The notes below the pieces were generated by a model. The model made no database searches. It saw only the letters and a program-made list of their open reading frames with translations, and was not told where the DNA came from. From assembly GCF_044704955.1 (NCBI RefSeq), contig NC_091980.1, forward strand, positions 127,906,001 to 127,970,000: a stretch of 64,000 bases of DNA. Reading direction: 5' to 3'. Positions 42,165 to 54,249 of the stretch are shown here, piece by piece. The stretch's first letter is position 1. Every line of letters starts with the position of its first letter. A program made the position numbers and the translations under genes. This DNA comes from Pristiophorus japonicus (lineage: Eukaryota).

Positions 42165-42745
42165 ACAAAAGCAAAATACTGCGGGTGCTGGAAATCTGAA
42201 AGAAAAAAGAAACTGCTGGAAATACTCAACAGGTCAGGCAGCATCTGTAGAGAGAGAAACAGAGTTAACATTTCAGGTCAAAGATCTGTTGCCAGAACTG
42301 GAAAAAGTTAGTGATGTAACAGATTTTAAGCAAGTGTAGGGGCAGGGAAAGGGGTGGGGGAGGGGAGGAAAGAACAAAAGGGAAGGTCTGTGATAGGGTG
42401 GAAGGCCGGAGTGATTAAATGACAAAAGGTATGAAAGTACAAAGCAAAAGGAGATGCAATGGGACAAGTAAAGGAACAAAAGATGGGTCTAGAAGAGATG
42501 TAAATGGGTGCAGCAGGATCATCAACAGCTGCCATCTGAAAAAGATAGTGACACAGGTTTTGGTTTGAAATTGTTGAACTTGATGCTGAGTCCAGAATGC
42601 TATAATGTGCCTAATAGAAAGCTGAGGAATTATGTTAAGCTTTGTTGGAACAGTGTAAGAGGCCGATGACAGAGAGGTCAGAGTGTGAGGGGAGCGGAGA
42701 ATTAAAGTGACAGGCGACTGGAAGTTTGCAGACTGAACAGAGGTG
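42165..42745 (-). mobile_element. Penelope-like fragment, inverted paralog of 21160-21720
   Basis: Minus-strand ORFs 42273-42479 and 42326-42535 match plus-strand ORFs 21415-21660 and 21362-21568. Confidence 0.8.
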
Positions 42746-42849
42746 CACATCTTCCTTTTTGGCCTGCAGTCTATTTCATTGCTTCTAAAATTTAATGCTA
42801 AAAGACAAGAACTGAACACCCCTCCACATCTAGCTGATGTGTGTATAGG

Positions 42850-43318
42850 TGCTCACTAAACTTGGAAGTGATGGAGTATCTGAGTATTTGTGTTTGACAC
42901 ATTGATCACGAGCAATTTGCATTCATCTGACCCACTTTTGGTTGCTTTGCACACTCATTGATCTGTTTGGATGTTACATCAAATCCACAGATACCTTCAA
43001 ATGACCAACCCACAGAAACATCCAGATCTTTTAAAAAGACACTAACTCACAAACAATAGAGGATTCAATGAACCTTTCAAGGTGGCAACTAACTGATCCA
43101 GACAGAGCACGGTCGATGGGGTGTTCTCTCCGTCTGCCTGTCTCTCTTCTGTGGCTATGTCCGTGCCCGGGTGTCCCTGGAGAGGGAGCACGCAGTGTCT
43201 GCCGGTATGCTGGAGGCCTTCCGTGACCGGTGGGTACCAGAGGGACTGGAGTGCAGCGTGGATACAGGGAACTAAATTATAATTTGAAAAGTGTTCATGT
43301 TAGTTTTTTCACATTTGG
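42850..43318 (+). repeat. Relic upstream flank of a further ferritin unit (with old Tx1 tail, no promoter/gene)
   Basis: Matches 27415-27608 + 16592-16870 without element D; cut by RTE. Confidence 0.8.
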
Positions 43319-44122
43319 AACACCCTCACTGAGGCGTACGAAAGCATAGGTCTTACACTAAACATCATTAAGACTAGGGTCCTCCACCCCCGTGACCCCA
43401 CCACACATCACTGCCGCCCTCCCCGCCCGCCCACCCCACTCTGCCCTCGATCATCAAAGTCCACGGTGCAGCCTTAGACAACGTGGACCATTTTCCATAT
43501 CTCAGGAGCAAGGGCAGACATCGATGACAAGGTGCAGCGCAGCCTTCAGTCGCCTGAGGAAAAGAGTGTTTGAAGACCAGGATGTCAAAACTGGCACCAA
43601 GCTTATGGTCTGCAGGGCAGTAGTGATACCCTCCTCCTATATGGCATCAAAGCCCTGATGATGCTCGATCAGCTCCGTTGGGCGGGTCACGTCGTCCGCA
43701 TGCCCGACACGAGACTCCCAAATCAAGCGCTCTACTCGGAGCTTCATCACGACAGGCGAGGTCCAGGTGGGCAGAGGAAACGCTTCAAGGACGCCCTCAA
43801 AGCCTCCTTGATAAAATGCAACATCCCCACCAGTACCTGGGAATCCCTGGCTTAAGACCGCCCTAAGTGGAGGAAGAGCATCCAGGACAGCGCTGAGCAT
43901 CTCGAGTCTCATCGCCGAGAGCAAGCAGAAACCAAATGCAGACAGCAGAAGGAGCGTGTGTCAACCCAGGCTCCCCACCCGCCTTTCCTTCAACCACCGT
44001 CTGCCCCACCTGTGACAGAGACTGTAGGTCCCACATTGGTCTCTTCAGCCACCTGAGAACTTACTTTTAGAGTGGAAGCAAGTCATCCTCGACACCGAGG
44101 GACTGCCTATGATGATGATGAT
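43319..44122 (+). mobile_element. RTE LINE 3' part
   Basis: AFSRLRKRVFEDQD, QLRWAGHVVRMPDTRLP, GGQRKRFKD; (GAT)n tail. Confidence 0.9.
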
Positions 44123-44123
44123 G

Positions 44124-44330
44124 GTCCTAGAGCCAGACCGGGTAAGGACGGCAGATTTCCTTCGCTAATGGAGATCGGTTTTTATGACAATCCGCTAGTT
44201 TCATGATCACCAGTACTGAGACCAGCTGTTTACTCCAGATTTATTTAATTAATTAACTGAAGTAAATTTCTGCCGCTCCCATGGTGAGATTTTGACTCTG
44301 GATCATTAGTCCAGGACTCTGGATTACTTA
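44124..44330 (-). mobile_element. tRNA-derived SINE fragment
   Basis: Homologous to 48986-49342. Confidence 0.65.
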
Positions 44331-44331
44331 T

Positions 44332-45930
44332 ATAAGAACATATGAAATAAGAGCAGGAGTAGGTCGTTTGGTCCCTCGAGTCTGCTCTGCCATTCAATAA
44401 GATCATGGCTCATCTGATCTTGGCCGCAACTCCACTTCCCTACCCTCTCCCCATAACCCTTGACCCCCTTATCATTTAGAAATCTGTCTATCTCCACCTT
44501 AAATATAGTCAATGACCCAGCCTCCACAGTTCTCTGGTGTAAGAGAATTCCAAAGATTCACAACCCTCTGAGAGAAGAAATTCTTCCTCATTTCCGTTTT
44601 AATTGGGCGACCCCTTATTCTGTAACTATGCCCTCTAATTCTAGATTCGCCCATGTGGGGTAACATCCTCTCTGCATCTACACTATCAAGCCTCCTCAGA
44701 ATCTTATATGTTTCAATAAGACCACTTTTCAATCTTCTAAACTCCAATGAGTATAGGTTCAACCTGCTTATCCTTTCTCCATATGACAACACCTTCATCT
44801 CAGGAATCAACCTCATGGACTTTCTTTGAACTGCCTCCATTGCAAGTATATCCCTCCTTAAATAAGGAGATCAAAGCTGTACAGATGTGGTCTCACCAAC
44901 GTCCTATACAGTTGTACAGAGAACCTCTCCGCAGGTCAGGAGGATAAAGAGCTGGAGTGAGCCACTGCAGCTTCCAGCGCAAGCTGACGCAAATGTGCGA
45001 CGGCTTTGAAATGGGCGACTGGGCGACGTCATCAGGACTCAGGTCGCCGTTTGGAGCGTGGGCAGGAGCATCGGTGGGGCCCTGGTAAAGCAGAGGAGCG
45101 AGAAGGTTGTGGAAGATTTGCGATGAGTGATCGGGGTGAAGGAGCGATGAGCGATCGTGGCTGAGATTTGTTAGGTGATCGTGACGGAGGTTCGACGAAT
45201 GTTTGGTGCGGAGGTGCGGCGGGAGATGTGACAAGTGTTTTTGAGGTGAAAGAGCGGTGAGGGATTGTGGCAGAGGTGCGACGAATCTTTGTTGTGGAGG
45301 AGCGGCGAGAGATCTTGGCGGAGGTGCGGCAACTGAGGGTATGGGACCCAGAAGAGCCAAGGGCGCAGGGGCAGCAAGGGCCTGCCCACACTCGATATGT
45401 GTGCGCACTAGGTCCGTGCAGCACAGCGGGTCTCCAGTTGTCCTGGTTAACCTTTGCCATTGGATAAAGGCCTAGTTTTGTCAAGCCCGTGTGGTGGCTG
45501 ATGTGCAACAATCACCACACGTTAAAAAAATCCACGCACAGGCATTTTACACCTCCTCAACTGGAGTTCAGGTCTGGAACATCGGATCTTTTTGAAACAT
45601 CTGTGAACTCATGTGGAAGCAAGTCATCCTCGTTTGAGCCTTCTCAGAATCTTATACGTTTCAATAAGATCACTTTTCAGTCTTCTAAATGCCATGATGA
45701 TGATGATGATGTACAGTTGTAGCAGGACGTCCTTACTTTTATACTCCATCCCCCTTGAAATAAACGGCAACGTTACATGTGCTTTCCTAATTAAATGCTG
45801 TACCCGCATGCTAACTTTTGAAGTTTCATGTACAAGGATCCCCAGATCCCTCTGTACCACAGCATTTTGTAATCCCACCACATTAAAATAATAGTTTGTT
45901 TTTTTACTTTTCCTTATCAAGTAGCATAAC
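44332..45930 (-). mobile_element. CR1 LINE 3' fragment, split by the insertion at 44917-45711
   Basis: VQRDLGILVH, LYSLEFRRL, FFSQRVVNLWNSL, GVKGYG. Confidence 0.88.
44917..45711 (+). mobile_element. Non-autonomous RTE-tailed element with internal minisatellite
   Basis: TSD TACAGTTGTA 44907-44916 / 45712-45721; 3' GTGGAAGCAAGTCATCCTCG...(GAT)n shared with RTE; no RT coding. Confidence 0.75.
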
Positions 45931-46424
45931 CACTATTCTACCTTACCCCACATAGGTCACATATTGGGCTTGGGGCTGGGACCCCTCCCACCCCACCTCA
46001 TGGTTGACTAATCTGCCAACACTCACTGACTAGGCTCCCATATGTATAAGGAATTGGGCAAGGATTAAATGCATTAAATGCATAAAGGAAAACACACAAG
46101 TTAAATAGATACTTCTCCTGAAAGCCTTCCCCCTGTTGTCCCCACCCATGCCTGTTGCAACAATTTATAACCCAATACCAGCAGCTCCACCATAAATGTA
46201 TCCATTTGTATTTCATCGTGTTGTGCATTTCACATCAAATAGCCAGCATCCTTTCCAAATCCTACTGGATCTCCATTTATCCCCTTCTCGTCGATGAATG
46301 GATTCAAATGTTGTTGATGCTGGAGCTGCAATAATCCAGTGTTTACAAGTTAATTAAGGACTTTGCTGAGAACTGCACTGGGTGCAATTAAATTGTCTCG
46401 TTTAGTCTTCACATGTTAATGTCG

Positions 46425-48985
46425 TTTTTATTCATTGCGGAATGCGGGCGCCACTGGCAAGGCCAGCATTTATTGCCCATCACTAATTGCCCATGAGAAG
46501 GTTGTGGTGAGACACCTGCTTGAACCGCTGCAGTCCTTGTGGAGAAGGTACTCCCACAGTGCTGTTAGGGAGGGAGTTCTGTCGTTTTGACCCAGCGACG
46601 ATGAAGGAATGGCGATATATTTCCAAGTCAGGAGGGGAAGTTGCAGGTGATGATGTTCCCATGTGCCTGCTGCCCTTGTCCTTCTAGTTGGTAGAGCTCG
46701 TGGGTTGGCAGGTGTTGCTGAAGAAACCTTGGCGAGTTGCTGCAGTGCATCTTGTAGATGGTACACACTGCAGCCATGGTACGCTGGTGGTGGAGGCAGT
46801 GAATGGTGAACGAGGTGGATGGGTACCAATCAAGCGGGCTACTTTGTTCTGGCTGGTGTCGAGCTTCAGAGTTTTGTGGGAGCTACACTCATCCAGGCAA
46901 TTGAAGAGTATTCCATCACACTCCTGACTTGTGCCTTGTAGATGCTGGAAAGGCTTTGGGGAGTCAGGAGGTGAGACACGCCACAGAATTCCCAGCCTCT
47001 GACCCGCTCTTGTTACCACAGTATTTATGTGACTGGTCCAGTTAAGTTTTTGGTCAATGGTAACACCCAAGTGTTGATGATGTGCGATTCTGTGAAGGGC
47101 AGGTGGTTAGACTCTCGCGTGTTGGAGATAAACATTGCCTGGCCCTTGTGTGGTACAAATGTTACTTTACACTTATCAGCTCCACACTGAATGTCATCCA
47201 GGTCTTGCTGCATTTGGGCGTGGACTACTTCATTTTCTGAGGAGTTGAGAAAGGAACTGAACACTATGCAATCATCAGCAAACATCCCACTTCTTATCTT
47301 ATGATGGAGGGATGTTCATTGATGAAGCAGTTGAAGATGTTTGGGCCTAGGACACTGCCCTGAGGAACTCCAGCAATGATGTTCTGTGGCTGAGATAATT
47401 GGCCTCCAACAACCAAAACCATCTTCTGTAGTGCTAGGTATGGCTCCAGCCAGTGGAGAGTTTTGGTCCTGATTCCCAATGACTTCAATTTTACCAGGGT
47501 TCATTGATGCCACACACGATCAAATGCTGCCTTGATATCAAGGACAGTCACTCACATTTCACCTGGAATTCTGCTCTTTTGTCCATGTTTGAACCAAGGC
47601 TGTAATGAGTTCTGCAGATGAGTGGTCCTGGCCGAACCCAAACTGAGCATCGGGGTGAAGATTATTGGTAAGTGCTGCTTGATAGAACTGTTGACTACAC
47701 CTTCCATCACTGTGCTGATGGTTGAGAGTAGACTGATGGGGTAGTAATTGGCTGGATTGGATTTTGTGGACAAGGCATACCTGGGCAGTTTCACACATTG
47801 TCTGGTAGATGCCAGTGTTGTCGCTGTACTGGCACAGTTCATTCTGGAGCACAAGTCTTCAGCACGACAGCCAGGATGTTGTTGGGGCCCATAGCCTTTG
47901 CTGTATCCAGTGCACTCAGCCATTTCTTGACATCACATCAAGTGAATTGAATTGGCTGAAGATTGGCTTCTGTGATCATGGGGACCTCAGAAAGCGGCTG
48001 AGATAGATCATCCATGAGGCACTTCTAGCTGAAGATGGTTGCAAATGCTTCAGCCTTGTCTTTTGCACTGACGAGCTGGACCCTGCCCTCATTGAGGACA
48101 GGGATATTCATGGAACCTTCTCCTCCCGTTAGTTGTTTAATTGTCCACCACTATTGACGACTGGATGTGGCAGGACTGCAGAGCTTTGATTGTGGGATTG
48201 CTGAGCTCTGTCTATAGCATGCTGTTTCTGTTATTTAGCATACAGTCTTGTGCTGCAGCTTCCCCAGGTTGGTACCTCTAATCAGGTACAACTGGTGCTG
48301 TTCCTGGCATCCTCTTCTGCACTCCTCATTGAACCAGCGTTGGTCCCTTGCCTTGATGGTAATGAGCGAATGATAGGCTGGACCATGAGATTTTAGATTG
48401 CGGTGGAATACAATTCTGCTGCTGCTGATGGCCCACAGCACCTCATGAATGCTCAGTTTTGAGCTGCTAGGTCTGTTCTGAATTTATTCCATTTAGTGCC
48501 ACACAGCATGATGGGTGTTTCCTGAGAGTGAATACGGGACTTCGTCTCCAGTACTGTAATGGACATATGCATCTGCGACAGGTAGATTGATGAGGATGAA
48601 GTCAAATAGGTTTTCAGTTCTGTTGGTTCTCTCACCACCTGTCGCAGGCCCAATCTGGCAGCTATATTGCTCAGCTATGCCCATGCTTTACCTGAACCCA
48701 TGAGACTTCCAGGGCCACTCCCCGATTATATACCACTGAGCCGCCACCTCTGGTGGGTCTGCCCTGCCGGTGGGATAGGACATACCCAGGGATGGTGATG
48801 GAGGAATTTGGGACATTGGCTGAAAGGTATGATTCTGTGAGTATGACTATGTCAGGCTGTTGCTTGACTAGTCAGTAGGACAGCTCTCCCAATTTTGGCA
48901 CAATTCCCCAGATGTTAGTTAGGAGGACTTTACAGGATCGACTGGGCTGGGTGGGCCGAGATCAATGCCGGGTGGCTCATCCTGT
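46425..48985 (-). mobile_element. Old CR1-group LINE (second family), endonuclease-RT ORF decayed
   Basis: TNIWG..PK...PDIVILTESY at 5' end, [30 protein letters not shown]; 3' tail GGGCAATAAATGCTGGCC. Confidence 0.85.
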
Positions 48986-49342
48986 TTTATTCTTATTATT
49001 GTTTCTCATCGCGGTTTGTTAAAACTGAGTCGCTTGCTAGGCCAGTTCGGAGGGCAGTTAAGAGTCAACCACATTATTGGGAGTTTGGAGTCATGTATAG
49101 GCCAGACCAGGTAAGGACGGAAGATTTCCTTCCCTAAGGACATTAGTGAACCAGATGGGATTTTATGACAATCCGATAGCTCTCTGGTCAACATTACTGA
49201 TTTTATTACTGTTTTTTATCACGGATTTTTATTTAATTAACTGAATTAAAATTCCCCAGCTGCCATGGTGGGACTTTTATTCATGTCTCTGGATCATTAG
49301 TTCAGGCCTCTGGATTATGAGTCCAGTAACATAACCACTATG
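48986..49342 (-). mobile_element. tRNA-derived SINE-type head contiguous with 5' end of the LINE
   Basis: Minus strand CATAGTGGTTATGTTACTGGACT (A-box-like)...CCCACCATGGCAG, body GGAAGGAAATCT..CGTCCTTACCTGGTCTGGCC; resembles recalled shark SINE body. Confidence 0.65.
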
Positions 49343-49344
49343 TT

Positions 49345-50113
49345 TAGATGTTACATCAAACCCACAGATACCTGCATATGACCAACCCAATGAACAATGG
49401 CGATCCTCATACACACACTGAACCATCCAGAACTATTAAAAAGATACTGACTCGCAATCAACAAGGAATCATTGAACCTTTCAAGGTGGCCATTAACTGG
49501 TCCAGGCAGAGCACAGTCGATGGGGTCTTCTTTCCGGCTGCCTGCCTCGCTTCCACGCCTATGTCCGTGCCCGGGTGTCCCTGGAGAGGGAATACGCGGT
49601 GTCTGCCGGTATGCTTGAGGCTTTCCGTGACTGGTGGGCACCAGAAGGACTGGAGTGCAGCGTGGATGCAGGGAACTAAATTATAATTTGAAAAGTTTTT
49701 ATGTTACTTTTGTCACATTTGAACTTATTGTTTATTCCCTTTTATAAAGGGTGCACTTAAGGTTTAAGTTTTTCCCAATTGATTTGCCTAAAGAGTAGGG
49801 GGTTCATTTAAACCTGTGATTCTGGATATTTGAACTGTGTTTGAGGAAAGTTAGGACAATTTGGATCCTCATTGAGTTGTCTGCCAATGATGCTCATTCT
49901 TCAAAAATCTGACTGGCTCTGGGACTCCATCTTCTCTCCTCCCTTTAGTTGATTGGTGCTCTGAGAGGCTGTTACTTCTGATTGGGTAATGAGGACTGTC
50001 ACTCATCCTCTAGGCTGCCACGCCCTGGATTATCCAGCAGCAAAAATACAGGAGTTTGAGGTTGGTGAAATCTCAGTTTGTTACTTCAACAAAGTTTAGA
50101 TTTGTAAAAAATA
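49345..50113 (+). pseudogene. Promoter-only ferritin unit (flank, old Tx1 tail, promoter, 5' UTR; no coding exons)
   Basis: Aligns to 16592-17260; TATA mutated to CAAAAAT; homology stops just before the ATG. Confidence 0.85.
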
Positions 50114-50281
50114 AATTGACTGGGGGACAAAGTATGGTCAGTGGTAGCAATAGAGAGGGAACTCCAGAGCTTGGAATCTTGGCAGCTGAAAAAAATTCCT
50201 GTTCTCGCTCGTGAATATTAAGAACATAAGAAATAGGAGCAGGATTGGGCCATACGGCCCCTCGAGCCTGCTCCGCCATTG

Positions 50282-50953
50282 GTCTGAAATGGTGAAACTC
50301 TGATTTACTGGGAAACGTGCCCAGTGTTTAACACATGTTACAGCAACTTGTATTTTGTTGTACTGAGTTGTCATTTATGTAAGGGCAGCAAGAATATTCA
50401 CTAGTAGGAACAAGAATTTTTATTACGCTGTCTAGATCCCAAGTTCTGGCATTCCCTCTCTAAACCTATTTAAGACATGCCCTAAAACCTACCTCTGACC
50501 ATGCTTTGTCCCTCAGTCAATATCTCATGCGGCTGTTAATGGTCTAAATGCACCGTTGAAGGTTTTAGACCTTGCAACCTATGTCTGAATATCCAACTCA
50601 AAACATCGCTGTTGCACCAGAGTAAAAACAAATTTCATAGGACAGAATCCCATAACACTGTTGCACAGCTCAGTGTAGTTCTTGTTTAATGTAAACCATG
50701 TGATGTTAATTGAAAATTAAGCAAGCACTCAAACATACACGGAGACAAAGCCCAGTCCAATATTGAACAGTTTATTTACATTTCATATCAGGAGCCCAGA
50801 TCTCACAACTCTTTCTACAAAATCACACACTATCATTCCCGACAGGATGGTGGTCCCAATTAAATAAATACAAGTACTAAACACAATAAGCTTGATCCCA
50901 TCAGACAGTTTAGTCACTCTCCCCCAGCGTGTGCTTATTGAACAGGTACTCTC
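50282..50953 (-). pseudogene. Inverted ferritin 3' relic (last codons of exon 4, 3' UTR, flank)
   Basis: Minus strand GAGTACCTGTTCAATAAGCACACGCTGGGGGAGAGTGACTAA ([13 protein letters not shown], 50910-50953), AATAAA and downstream flank. Confidence 0.88.
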
Positions 50954-52703
50954 TGAGGGCATTATCTCTAAGGTAGAAGTGTTCTATTTTTCATACAATG
51001 ATGAACTGCTAGTCACAGCTGAAGAGATTGGTACAGTAACCAAACGTGACCCAGTTATATCAAAGTTGTATGATTACATAGCAAATGGCTGGCCAAACCA
51101 GGTATCAGAGGAAAATATTTATCCATTTGTAAAAATGAATTATCAGTAACGAAAGATTGTATCATGTGGAGTGCAAGAGAAGTTATCCCAAATAAGTTCA
51201 GATCCAAATTGTTAGGAGATCTTCATGACCAGCATCTGGGAATATGCTTGACCAAGAGTTTTGCACATGGTTACTTATGCTGGCCAGGTTTAGATAAAGA
51301 TGTAGAGTACATTGTCAGTCAGTGTACAACATGTCAATCGGTGAGCAAGAAACCACCATCAGTAGCATTTCAAACCTGGAAAGGGCCTCCCAGGGTGTGG
51401 CAAAGGTTACATATAGATTTTGCTGAGCTGGAAGGACAATTGTTCATTGTGATCAACAGTCATTCGAAGTAGGTAGAGGTGCTTCCAATGCGGAAAATAA
51501 CAACAAGTAAGACACTAGACAATTTGTGAAGATTGTTTTCTTCATATGGCCTCCCAGAAGAAATTACATCTGATAATGGACCGCAATTTTGTTCAGATGA
51601 ATTTGCACAGTTCATGAGTGGAAACTGTGTGAAATATACCAAAGTTCCATCATACCACCCTGCTTCAAATGGTGCAGCAGAGCGCTCAATACAAATTGTA
51701 AAACGTGCCCTCATCAAGCAAATGTTGGATCCAGATCCAAAGAAACGGCAGTTGTCGTTGGACCACAAACAAGCACATTTTCTAATTACTTATCGTATAC
51801 TCCTCATACAAATTCTTGTAGAACACCAGCAGAGTTGTTTCTCAAAACCACGAACCAGGTTCTTGTTGTTAAATCCAAACTTGGCACAGTCAGTGGAAGA
51901 GAAACAATTATGACAGATAGGGAATCATGATAGAGAGGTGTACAATTGAATCAGAAGATTCGAGTGAAGAATCATCACCATAAATGGTTGCAGTGGTTAC
52001 CAGGAAGAATTGTGAGGATATGTGATTCTCCCACATATTTGATCAAGATGTTTGATCAAGGAAAGGTTAGATTTGTTCGCATTGATCATATTTTACCTCG
52101 TGATGTGGAAGGAGTTGAAAGTTGGAAAGTTTCAATTATTTCTGATGAGCCAAATGGCATTGTTACAAGTAGAGTACCAGTAGCAAACCCTACATCAGAT
52201 GTACTAGAAACAAGGCCAAGAGAAAGTAAGAATTTAAGTCTGAGTCCGAGTCAGGCAGACAAACATTCTTAAGTTGTAGAGTGTCCAACTACAGATCAAG
52301 GGTTGCCCTTGGAGAAAAACTCTCCTGAGGATCAATCTAGAATGAGTCTAAGTGCGACAGCAGGTTTGGAAAGTCGTGTTCGAGAGCAAAGGCATCCTCT
52401 TTGAAACAGAAAATCAGTGGTCAAGTTTGATTTGTAAATATGGAAAAATCAGTTTTTATCTTTTGTTGTGTATATTGTGAAAATTTTGTTTCATGATTAT
52501 TTTGTTATGATTACTTCTTCACTAAGGAGAGTGAAGTGTAATAGAGCTCTCCCTAATGGACTACTGCTCCACCTAGTGGACTACTGATGTATTGCAACTA
52601 CTAAAGTAAATAAAAAAGGATCATGTGGCAAAGTCACACGATGAAAGTTTCTCTGTTTTGAGCCTTGTGAGTGTGTGTGTGTGCTTCTTTGTGATATCCA
52701 CCA
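50954..52703 (+). mobile_element. Ty3/Gypsy fragment 'E' (integrase, PPT, short 3' LTR)
   Basis: LHDQHLG, CTTCQ, LHIDFA, SDNGPQF, YHPASNGAAER; PPT AAGGAGAGTGAAG then TGTAA at 52537. Confidence 0.85.
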
Positions 52704-53349
52704 AGCTCATGGTCTACAGGGCTGTAGTGTTACCCAGCCTCCTGTATGGCTCAGAAACATGGACCATGTACAGTAGACACCTCAAGTCGCTGGAGAAATA
52801 CCACCAAGACTATGCAAATCCCCTGGGAGGACAGATGCACCAATGTTCGTATCCTCGACCTGGCCAACATTCCCAGCATTGAAGCACTGACCACAGTCGA
52901 TCAGCTCCACTGGGCAGGCTACATTGTTCACATGCCAGATACGAGATTCCCAAGGCAAGCGCTCTACTCGGAACTCCTTCACGGCAAACGAGCCAAAGGT
53001 GGGCAGAGGAAATGTTTCAAAGACACCCTCAAAGCCTCCTTGATGAAGTGCAATATCCCCACTGACACCTAGGAGTCCCTGGCCAAAGAGCGCCCTAATT
53101 GGAGGAAGTGCATCTGGGAGGGCGCTCAGCACCTCGAGTCTCATCGCCGAGAGCATGCAAAAACCAAGCGCAGGCAGCGGAAAGAGTGTGCGGCAAACCA
53201 GTCCCACCCACCCTTTCCCTCAACGAAAGTCTGTCATACCTGTGACAGGGACTGTGGTTCTCTGTACTGGACTGTTCAGTCACCTAAGAATTCATTTTTA
53301 GAGTGGAAGCAAGTCTTCCTCGATTCCGAGGGATGACCTATGATGATGA
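52700..53349 (+). mobile_element. RTE LINE 3' part
   Basis: LLYGSETWT, QLHWAGYIVHMPDTR, GGQRKCFKD; (GAT)n tail. Confidence 0.9.
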
Positions 53350-53758
53350 AGGATATATCACAAAGGCAATAAAGGGCAGGTGCAGTAGGCTTTTGCTGCC
53401 AGCAGAGGCTGCTCACAGCGCTGCACCTTCATACTGCTCTTAGTCAACCACCAACCATTTTGCTGCTTGCTCGCTCTCGTTTTCCTTTGATCATTTCTTG
53501 CTACACGATCTCGAGCTGCTACACAAAGGCAAGGGAGGTAGTGATATTCTTACCAGGCACAAGAATTTCACGGGCATTCTTTGGACAGAAGTTGGGCAAA
53601 TAACCCAGCTCTGCACCCGCGGATATCCTTTCCACAGGGACTTGTGGGATCTATGAAGAGAATTCTGTATTCTTCCATGCTGTATGATTCTATAAGCTCG
53701 TAAAAAGGAATGCCTTACAAGTCTGTATACCTTTAAAGAGAAAACTAGTTACAAGACT

Positions 53759-53835
53759 ACCTATGGCTACAATAGTCTGAAAACGCCTGATTTTGGAAGC
53801 TAAGCAGAGTCAGGTCTGGTTAACAATTGGATGGA
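53759..53835 (+). pseudogene. 5S rRNA pseudogene fragment (5' two-thirds); 3' end of a preceding copy at 53377-53394
   Basis: CTATGGCTACAATAGTCTGAAAACGCCTGATTTTGGAAGCTAAGCAGAGTCAGGTCTGGTTAACAATTGGATGG matches 5S with ~10-nt deletion; CAGGTGCAGTAGGCTTTT upstream. Confidence 0.8.
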
Positions 53836-54249
53836 TTTTTGCACATGCGCAGAGCATGCTTAAACCCGGAACTTGTGCACGTGCCCTTTGGGATTGCAAA
53901 TTGCAGCCAATGAAATGAGAAATGACAGGTTTTCAAACCGGGGATAATTTGACACAGACCAAGCATATTTCCACAATGAGGAATGATTTAAAAATGTTCT
54001 TTGGTATAGTTAAGTGATAACCTGGTGCAGTTTTATGCTGAGGTGTGTAGTTGTGAGCCTGGTGGATGAGGTGGTGCAACTGCTGTGAGACTCTGAGAAC
54101 CAGAAGAGAAGCTGCTATCACATTAACAGAGCTACTTGGAGAGAGGAGAGGAAGAGCTGCAAATACCACTACTGCTGCAGAGTTTGAGAGCAGGGGAAAA
54201 CAAGCTGGCATAGCTCAACACAACTTCATCTGTGTGGAAGGAGGGAGAG

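Noticed and set aside
45090-45330. Spaced GAGGTGCGGCG repeats resembling a CRISPR array; Pro/Ser-rich ORFs 44893-45408 and 45032-45511
   Set aside because: Degenerate minisatellite inside a retroposon in eukaryotic DNA; no cas genes; ORFs are low-complexity by-products
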